Positions 57,109-64,000 of a stretch of DNA of 64,000 bases are shown piece after piece. The DNA comes from an uncultured Actinomycetes bacterium (GTDB lineage: Bacteria; Actinomycetota; Thermoleophilia; Solirubrobacterales; 70-9). Where the stretch lies: positions 18,027-82,026 of the forward strand of contig CAVRKX010000003.1 of the NCBI GenBank assembly GCA_963721735.1. Direction: 5' to 3'. Positions within the stretch are counted from its first letter, which is position 1; each line of letters begins with the position of its first letter. The position numbers and the translations under genes are program-made. The notes under the pieces are model-generated. The model was not told the DNA's origin and did not search any database. It worked only from the letters and a program-made list of their open reading frames with translations.

Positions 57109-58503
57109 CTAAGTGCCCAGCTTCGGGCTCCGCCACGGCTCGGCGAGCTTGGCGGCCAAGCGGTCGGCCAGCCCCTCGGCGGGGACCCGTTCCTGCTCGA
57201 GGCTGTCGCGGTCGCGCAGCGTCACGGTGCCGTCCTCCATCGTCTGGCCGTCCACGGTGATCCCCCAGGGTGTGCCGATCTCGTCCTGGCGCCGGTAGCG
57301 CCGGCCGATGGATCCGCCCTCGTCGTACTCGGCCGGGACAGCGGCGCGCACCTGCTCGTAGATCTCACGCGCCCTCTCGGGCATCCCGGCCTTGGAGACC
57401 AGGGGCAGCACCGCCGCCTTGACCGGCGCCAGGCGCGGGTGAAGGCGAAGCACGGTGCGCTTTCGGCCCTCGACCTCCTCGGTGTCGTAGGCATCGACCA
57501 GGAACGCCAGCAGCGAGCGATCAACGCCCAGCGAGGGCTCGATCACGTGCGGGACGTACGCCTCCTCCTTGTCCGGGTCGAAGTACTCGAGCTTCTCGCC
57601 CGAGAACTCGGCATGGCGCGAGAGGTCGAAGTCGCCGCGGTTGGCGATCCCCTCGAGCTCCGACCAACCCATCGGGAACAGGTACTCGATGTCGGAGGTC
57701 GCCGAGGAGTAGTGCGAGAGCTCGTCGGGCCCGTGCTTGCGGAGGCGCAGGTGGTCAGGGCGGATGCCGAGGTCGGTATGCCAGCGCATCCGGTCCTCCA
57801 TCCAGCGCTGGTGCCAGTCCTCGGCATCCGCGCCGGGGACGAAGAACTCGATCTCCATCATCTCGAACTCGCGGGTCCGGAAGATGAAGTTGCCCGGGGT
57901 GATCTCGTTGCGGAAGGCCTTGCCGATCTGCGCGATCCCGAACGGCGGCTTCTTGCGCGCGAACTGAAGCACGTTCTTGAAGTTGACGAAGATGCCCTGG
58001 GCCGTCTCGGGTCGCAGAAAGACCCTGGCGGCGTCGTCGCGGACCGGGCCCATGAAGGTCTCGAACATCAGGTTGAACTGGCGAGGATCGGTGAGGTCGC
58101 AGTCGGTGTGCTCGCCCGGATGCACGGATGGCTTTCGCCCGCACTCGGCGTCCTCGAGCTTGTCCGCCCGAAAGCGAAGCTTGCAGGTGCGGCAATCGAC
58201 CATCGGGTCCGTGAAGCCCTCCAGGTGGCCCGACGCCTCCCAGGTGCGGGGATGCATGAGGATCGCCGCGTCGAGGGCCACCATGTCGTCCCGCTCCTGG
58301 ACCACGGCGCGCCACCACTGCTGCTTGACGTTGTTCTTGAGCTGGACGCCGTAGTGCCCGTAGTCGTAGGTGGACGCGAGCCCCCCGTAGATCTCCGAGG
58401 ACTGGAAGATGAAGCCGCGCCGCTTGCACAGGGCGACCACCTCGTCGAGCGACAGCTCGGGGGCGCGGCTGGTCTCGTTCGGCTGCTCCGCGGTGCCGGT
58501 CAT
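57109..58503 (-). CDS. glyQS: glycine--tRNA ligase (homodimeric GlyQS type)
   Basis: Start MTGTAEQ at 58503. CKRRGFIFQSSEIYGGLASTYDYGHYGVQLKNNVKQQWW...FRNEITPGNFIFRTREFEMMEIEFF (class II motifs), with a C-terminal anticodon-binding domain. Confidence 0.95.
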   Translation of the reverse strand: MTGTAEQPNETSRAPELSLDEVVALCKRRGFIFQSSEIYGGLASTYDYGHYGVQLKNNVKQQWWRAVVQERDDMVALDAAILMHPRTWEASGHLEGFTDPMVDCRTCKLRFRADKLEDAECGRKPSVHPGEHTDCDLTDPRQFNLMFETFMGPVRDDAARVFLRPETAQGIFVNFKNVLQFARKKPPFGIAQIGKAFRNEITPGNFIFRTREFEMMEIEFFVPGADAEDWHQRWMEDRMRWHTDLGIRPDHLRLRKHGPDELSHYSSATSDIEYLFPMGWSELEGIANRGDFDLSRHAEFSGEKLEYFDPDKEEAYVPHVIEPSLGVDRSLLAFLVDAYDTEEVEGRKRTVLRLHPRLAPVKAAVLPLVSKAGMPERAREIYEQVRAAVPAEYDEGGSIGRRYRRQDEIGTPWGITVDGQTMEDGTVTLRDRDSLEQERVPAEGLADRLAAKLAEPWRSPKLGT

Positions 58504-58615
58504 CGTCTGGCGCAGGCTAACGGCGGCAGGCGACCCAGCGCCGGCCCGAGGCCCTGGCACTCCTGCATTCCGAGTGCCAGGGAGCGCCGGGGCTGGCTGC
58601 GATAATCGGTTGGCG

Positions 58616-58927
58616 ATGCCGATCTACGAGTACCGCTGCCCCAACGGGCACCAGTTCGAGGTCTTCCAGGCGATCGCAGACGAGCCGGTGTCCGCCTGCC
58701 AGGAGTGCGGCGAGCCGGTCGAGCGGGTCTTCCACCCGGTCGCCGTCCACTTCAAGGGCTCGGGCTTCTACACCACTGACTACGCGCGGAAGACGGGCGC
58801 CAAGGCGTCGGAATCGCGCGACGGCAAGGAATCGAAGGACGCCGGCTCGGACTCGAAGCCGGAGAGCTCGGACTCGAAGCCGGAGAAGAAGACCGAGAGA
58901 GCGAGCTCGTCCAGCAAGGACGAGTAG
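58616..58927 (+). CDS. FmdB family zinc-ribbon protein
   Basis: MPIYEYRCPNGHQFEVFQAIADEPVSACQECGEPVERVFHPVAVHFKGSGFYTTDY is the CxxC..CxxC FmdB signature, followed by an acidic/Ser-rich tail. Confidence 0.9.
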   Translation: MPIYEYRCPNGHQFEVFQAIADEPVSACQECGEPVERVFHPVAVHFKGSGFYTTDYARKTGAKASESRDGKESKDAGSDSKPESSDSKPEKKTERASSSSKDE

Positions 58928-58939
58928 GCAGCATCCAGC

Positions 58940-60215
58940 TCAGCCCGGGGAGCACGCTGGGTCTCTCGGCGGGTCCTGCGCCGAGGAAGCTGCTTCGACC
59001 GCGCGGGCGGCACTCCTCCTCGGACGCCGCGAGCTCCCGATGGGGCCAGGCCGCCGGGGCTCGAGGACCTCGCTCTCGGTGCTGAAGCCGAGCGGCCGCG
59101 GAGAGCACGAACTGGGGCATCGGTCAGCATTCCCATGCTGGAGACGAAGGCCTTGGGCGCGTTCCAGCCGATGATCGGGCCCTTGATGAAGTTGTAGGGG
59201 AGGCGCGCGTGATGCTGGTCATCCGGCCCTTGATCCCGACAGGACGTCCTGCTGGAACTGGGCGCGCTCGAGGTCGTCGATGGGCGGGCACGGATTGCCC
59301 TGCGGGTCCGCGGGCAGGTTCGAGCGGGTGCGCGCAGGCTCAGCGCCTGGTCCGCGTTCAGGTCGTGCTCGCCCTGGATCAGGAAGAGGCTGAAGCCGCC
59401 GTTCTCAGCTCCGCCCGAGATCTCCGAGCAGACCTTCGGTCGATGTCCACGGTCACACCGCCGATCGCGTCGATGAAGTCGCGAAAGCCGTCGAAGTCGA
59501 CCACGGCGACCTGGTCGACGTCGATGCCCAGGAACTGCTCGACGGTCTGGACCTTGAGCTTGGCGCCGCCGAACGCGTAGGCGGCGTTGATCTTCTGGGC
59601 GTCCTGGCCCGGGATCGCGGCGAAGCGTGTCGCGCGGGATCGACAGCTTGCGGAAGGCGAACCGGCCCGCCCGGACGAGCATGATCGTGTCGGCGCGGTA
59701 GGGGGCTGCAGGCCGAGGGCGGGCGTCTGCCCTCTCCGGCGGCGTCGATGCACTTCTTCGGCGTGTCCTCGCCCGTCGCCGCCAAGGCCCGAGGGGCGAA
59801 CGTCGGTCCCGAGCACGAGGATGGTCTGCGGGAAGCCGAGCATGAACGGGTTGCCGCCGAGCGTGTCGCCCATGTCCGCCAGCTTCCCCTTCTGGATCTG
59901 GGAGGAGACCGCAAAGGCAAGCAGGCTGAGCGCGAGCCAGACCAGCGCCGCGATCCCCACCCACTTGAGGGCGCGCCGCCACGGCGGCCGCTCCTTGGCG
60001 CGCCGGCCTTCGGCCTCTCCTCGGTCGCCGGGCGCGCCCGGGCCCTTGGCCCTGAGTCGCTCCCGGAGCTTGGCCAGGTCGGGCGACCGCAGCCGGCTCA
60101 GGAGGCCGGGGCGCGAGCGATAGACCTTGTAGTCGGGCCGCTCGGGTGGGCCCTGCTCGCCGCCGGCTGGGCCCTGATCCCCGTTGGCTGGCATGAGCGG
60201 GTAATACTGCCGCAT
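58940..60215 (-). pseudogene. LytR-CpsA-Psr (LCP) family protein with at least 4 frame breaks
   Basis: LCP blocks are spread over three frames: TM anchor ALKWVGIAALVWLALSLLAFAV, QTILVLGTDVR, DTIMLVRAGRFAFRKLSIPRD, INAAYAFGGAKLKVQTVEQFLGIDVDQVAVVDFDGFRDFIDAIGGVTVDI, NFIKGPIIGWNAPKAF. End coordinates are approximate. Confidence 0.6.
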
Positions 60216-60278
60216 GGCCCAGATCCCTCCCGCCCGGGACATCGTGCCCAGCTCGGCTGGGTTCCCGGGTTGAGCTCC

Positions 60279-61247
60279 GTGGAGGCGATCGGGGTCGACC
60301 TGGGGGGGACGAAGATGCTCGTGGGGGTGGTGGACTCCGAGCGCCGGGTCGTCTACCGCTCCACGGCGCCCAGCCACGGCCTCCGCCAGGAGGAGCTGCT
60401 GGAGACGCTGGAGCGCGAGCTGCGGGCGGCGCGCGAGGCGCGCCCCGACGTGGTGGCCGCCGGGCTGGGGATTCCGTGCACGATCGACCGCCGGCGGGGG
60501 GTGGCGATCGTCGCCGTCAACCTGGAGCTCGCCGACGTGCCGATCCGGGAGCTGATGACGGAGCGACTCGGGCTTCCGGTGCTGGTCGACAACGACGCCA
60601 ACGTCGCCATCCTCGCCGAGCACCGCTTCGGCGCCGCCCGCGGAGCGCGGAACGCGGTGATGCTGACGATCGGCACCGGGATCGGCGGTGGGCTGATCAT
60701 CGACGGCCGGGTCTATCGGGGCTCGACCGGCGCGGGCGCCGAGCTCGGCCACACGGTGATCGACGCCGACGGCCCGCGCTGCCAGGGCAACTGCCCCAAC
60801 CGCGGCTGCATCGAGGCGCTGGCCTCCGGCACGGCGATCGCCCGCGAGGGCCTGGCCGCGGCCAGGGCGGCCCCGGACTCCGCGCTGGGACGAGCGCTGG
60901 CGCAGGGCGCCGAGCTGGACGGCAAGGAGGTCACCGACGCGGCGCTCGCCGGTGACGAGACCGCTCGAGGCGTGCTCGAGGAGATCGGGAGGCGGCTGGG
61001 GGTGGCGTTCTCCAGCTTCGCCAACATCTTCGACCCGGACGTGATCGTGATCGGCGGCGGCGCGAGCAGGGCGGGGGAGCTGCTGGCAGCTCCGGCCCGC
61101 GAGGAGCTCGCCTCCCGCGCGCTGCCGCCGATGAGCCGCACGCCGGTGGCGACCGCTGAGCTGGGGCCGGAGGCGGGCATGATCGGCGCCGCGACCATGG
61201 CCCTGCTGGAGCCGGAGGGGGGAGGGGTTGGATGGCCGGACGGCTGA
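60279..61247 (+). CDS. ROK family sugar kinase (glucokinase-like)
   Basis: GTG at 60279. IGVDLGGTKMLVGVV, DNDANVAILAEHRFGAARG, GTGIGGGLIIDG, and the zinc motif GHTVIDADGPRCQGNCPNRGCIEALASG. Confidence 0.85.
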   Translation: MEAIGVDLGGTKMLVGVVDSERRVVYRSTAPSHGLRQEELLETLERELRAAREARPDVVAAGLGIPCTIDRRRGVAIVAVNLELADVPIRELMTERLGLPVLVDNDANVAILAEHRFGAARGARNAVMLTIGTGIGGGLIIDGRVYRGSTGAGAELGHTVIDADGPRCQGNCPNRGCIEALASGTAIAREGLAAARAAPDSALGRALAQGAELDGKEVTDAALAGDETARGVLEEIGRRLGVAFSSFANIFDPDVIVIGGGASRAGELLAAPAREELASRALPPMSRTPVATAELGPEAGMIGAATMALLEPEGGGVGWPDG

Positions 61248-62056
61248 CCGTCTGCCCGACCCCGATCGGGAACCTCGAGGACCTCAGCCCTCGGGCGCGC
61301 CGGACGCTCGCCGAGGCGGACCTGGTGGCGTGCGAGGACACCCGGCGGGCGGGGAGGCTCTACGAGCGGCTCGAGATCCCGCGCCCGCGCCTGGTCTCCA
61401 ACCACGAGGGGAACGAGGCCGAGCGGGCGACGCAGCTGGCGCAGCAGATCGAGCGCGGGGCCAGGGTGGCGCTGATCTCCGACGCGGGGATGCCGGCGAT
61501 CTCCGACCCGGGCTACCGGCTGATCCGGACCTGCATCGAGCGCGACCTGGAGGTCGAGGTGCTGCCCGGCCCGTCGGCGGTGACCACCGCCCTGGTCGCC
61601 TCCGGGCTTCCCCTGGATCGCTGGCGCTTCGAGGGCTTTCTGCCGCGCCGCGCCGGGGAGCTCGAGCGGGTGCTGCGCTCGGCCGAGACCGTGGTGGCGT
61701 TCGAGTCGCCCCGGCGGCTGCCCGACTCGCTGGCGGCGCTCGCGGCGCTTGCCCCGAACCGCCCCGCCGCCGTCTGCCGGGAGCTGACGAAGCTCCACGA
61801 GGAGGTGGCGCGCGGCACCCTCGGCGAGCTGGCGCGGCGATTCCGCGACGAGGTCAAGGGCGAGATCGTGGTGGTGTTGGCGCCCACCGCCGCCAGCGCG
61901 AGCGCCCCGGACATCGGCTTCGCCGTCGATGCCCTGCGGCGCCTCGTTCAGTCCGGCGCCCGGCCGCGGGCGGCCGCCGGCGTGGTCGCGGCGCTGACGG
62001 GGACGCGGGCAAACGACCTCTACAAGGCGCTCACGGGCCGCGAGCCGCGCGAGTAG
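61232..62056 (+). CDS. rsmI: 16S rRNA (cytidine1402-2'-O)-methyltransferase
   Basis: 274 aa. LTVCPTPIGNLEDLSPRARRTLAEADLVACEDTR...ALISDAGMPAISDPGYRL...GPSAVTTALVASGLP. Confidence 0.92.
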   Translation: MAGRLTVCPTPIGNLEDLSPRARRTLAEADLVACEDTRRAGRLYERLEIPRPRLVSNHEGNEAERATQLAQQIERGARVALISDAGMPAISDPGYRLIRTCIERDLEVEVLPGPSAVTTALVASGLPLDRWRFEGFLPRRAGELERVLRSAETVVAFESPRRLPDSLAALAALAPNRPAAVCRELTKLHEEVARGTLGELARRFRDEVKGEIVVVLAPTAASASAPDIGFAVDALRRLVQSGARPRAAAGVVAALTGTRANDLYKALTGREPRE

Positions 62057-62294
62057 GGGGCCTGTGGGCGGGTAGCCACTGTGGCGACCAGGTCGTGGCG
62101 ACCGGGAGTCCGCGCCCAGTTTCGCGGTTACTGCGCCGTTTGCGACGGCGGAGCATTAGGATTCCGTGTGAGGTCAAGACCCTCGTGCTGGGGCGAGTGC
62201 CCGGCCAGGGAAGGAGAGAATGGATTTTCGCGGGCGAAAGCCTGACGCTTACCCGGTTTCGGATGAGGAGGGGGCGCGCTAAGCCCCTGGCACG

Positions 62295-63730
62295 GTGACG
62301 CCTGATCGGCAGTCCCTGAATCCCGGGCGCAGCCCATGGCTCGCGCGGGTCGCCGGCGGCGGGGCTCTCATCGCCGGCTTCGTGTTGGTGCTCGTGGTCC
62401 TGTTCGGCAGCGGCGACGGCCGCACCTACCACCTGCTGTTCGACAACGGCGGACAGCTCGTCTCCGGCAACGAGGTGCTGCGCGCCGGGCCAGTCGATCG
62501 GCACTGTGGACGACGTCACCCTCACCGACAGCGGCCAGGCCGAGGTGACGATCTCGGTCGACGAGCCGCTTCACTGAGGGAACGTCCGCGGTGATCCGCG
62601 CCACCTCGCTGTCCGGGATCGCGAACCGCTACGTCTCGATCGCGCCGGGCCCCGACAACGCCCCGGAGATGGAGGACGGAGCGACGGTGTCTGGTGAGAA
62701 GACCACCTCGCCCGTCGACCTCGACCAGCTCTTCAACACCTTGGGGCCGCGGACGCGCAAATCGCTTCGGAACGTGATCCAGGGCTCCGCCTCGCTCTAC
62801 GCCAGTCACCCCGAGGGCTCGCGGAGGACCTACAAGTACTTCGCGCCCGGCCTGTCGACGGCCCGGACGCCTGTTCGCCGAGGTGAACCGCGACAGCCGG
62901 GACGCTCAGCCAGTTCCTGGTCCAGGGCTCGCGGGCGCTGGGGGCGATCGCGGAGCGCCGCGACGACCTCTCGGCGCTGACCCAGAACGCGAACGAGTTC
63001 CTGGGCGCGATCGCGCGCGAGCAAAGCGCGCTGGAGGCCTCGCTCGAGGCCTTCCCCCCGGCGCTCCGCCAGGCGAACACCACCTTCGTCAACGTCCGCG
63101 CGTTCCTCGACGACCTGACGCCGCTGGTCAACGAGTTCAAGCCCGCCACCGAGGACCTGGCTCCGTTCCTGCGCAAGCTGCGCCCGGTCGCCGAGCGGTC
63201 GGTCCACGTTTTCCGCGACCTGCGGCTGGCGATCAACCGCAGCGGGCCCACCAACGATCTGACCGACTCCCTGCGCGAGAGCGCCGCGGATCGAGCGCAA
63301 GGCGAGCAGGTCGGTGCCGCGGACGATCGCCGGCTTCGACGCCTCCCAGCCGGTGATCGAGTTCGCCCGCCCCTACATGCCCGACCTGATGGGCTTCCTC
63401 TCCAAGTTCGCCGAGGTGACGTCCTTCTACGACGCCAACGGCCACTACGCGCGCGTCTCCACCGCGCAGGCGAATCTGTTCCACTACTGCGAGGCGGGCG
63501 GACCGAATCCGACCATGCGCGTCCCGGGCGGCTATCGCCGGGCGAGCTCGCGCCCGATCCCGCCCAGCCAGCAGTTCGACGACCTGGAGTTCGGGAACTT
63601 CATCCGCTGCCCGGGCGGCGCCACCCAGCCGATCACCGGCTCCAACCCGTTCACGGATGACGGCAGCCTGCTGAGCGGCGGCGAGCCTCCGAACCCGAAG
63701 TGCAACCCCTCCGACGTGCCCCCCGGATAA
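62295..63730 (+). pseudogene. MCE (MlaD-domain) family protein with about 5 frame breaks
   Basis: TM anchor GGALIAGFVLVLVVLF, then YHLLFDNGGQLVSGNEV, SIGTVDDVTLTDSGQAEVTISVDEPL, VIRATSLSGIANRYVSIAPG, LSQFLVQGSRALGAIAERRDDLSALTQNANEFL and IAGFDASQPVIEFARPYMPDLMGF. These lie in alternating frames, with junctions near 62480, 62575, 62865, 62900 and 63290. Confidence 0.65.
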
Positions 63731-64000
63731 TGAGGAGGATCGCCGCCATAGCCGCGCTCCTGGCCACGGCCGTGCTGGCCGTCTTCGGCCAGGCGGCGAG
63801 CGGGGACGGGGACGAGTACGAGGTCCGGGCGATCTTCGACAACGGCGGCTTCCTGGTCCCCGGCGAGGAGGTGCGGGTTGCCGGCGCCACGGTCGGCGCG
63901 GTGTCGTCCGTCGAGGTGACGCTGCCGGGCGAGCGGGTGCACCGCGACGGCTCGCCGGACCCCGGCAAGGCGGTGGTCGTGATGAAGATCGACGACGCCG
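63730..64000 (+). CDS. MCE family protein, 5' part (runs off the right edge)
   Basis: The ATG overlaps the previous stop (TAATG). MRRIAAIAALLATAVLAVFGQAASGDGDEYEVRAIFDNGGFLVPGEEVRVAGATVGAVSSVEV is a typical MlaD/Mce N-terminus. It is absent from the ORF track because there is no stop in the window. Confidence 0.7.
   Translation, partial: MRRIAAIAALLATAVLAVFGQAASGDGDEYEVRAIFDNGGFLVPGEEVRVAGATVGAVSSVEVTLPGERVHRDGSPDPGKAVVVMKIDDA

Noticed and set aside
62057-62294. 240-nt leader upstream of the MCE genes as a possible riboswitch
   Set aside because: I recognise no known riboswitch core. The region contains only weak hairpins, and the MCE gene itself is heavily frame-broken.

Overview
This is a very GC-rich, actinobacterial-type chromosome segment. 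Delta-60-repeat and PD40 surface proteins hint at a Thermoleophilia/Conexibacter-like organism, but that is inference only. The window has two parts.

(1) Positions 1-24720 are an accessory region anchored on an intact tRNA-Val(CAC) at 24649..24720 (minus strand). The region holds 9 near-perfect copies and 1 degenerate copy of the 46-nt 3' half of that tRNA, all in the same orientation. These copies cut the region into about 10 short modules of 0.6-7.3 kb. The modules carry secreted or surface proteins: two delta-60 repeat proteins, two Ig-like/PD40 proteins (one giant, with 12 near-identical 357-bp repeats), a tail-fibre-like protein, a lipoprotein and a PepSY protein. They also carry small enzymes. 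No integrase, transposase or other recombinase gene is visible in any module. Two families of conserved, structured arm sequence sit next to the tRNA halves. This is the most unusual feature of the window. It may be a decayed stack of tRNA-integrating islands, or a cassette-like system mobilised in trans.

(2) Positions 24720-64000 are core genome. They carry a large Bacillus-type SRP RNA, dnaX-ybaB-recR, MMPL/PadR, lysC-asd, a non-classical sdhA-sdhB-HdrB-like cluster, a site-2 protease, an AidB-like dehydrogenase, IDH-mdh, hsp20-lon, glyQS, a ROK kinase, rsmI and MCE genes.

Caveat: roughly 25-30 reading-frame breaks interrupt otherwise recognisable genes, many at homopolymer runs. Consensus errors are therefore likely, and every pseudogene call here needs read-level confirmation.
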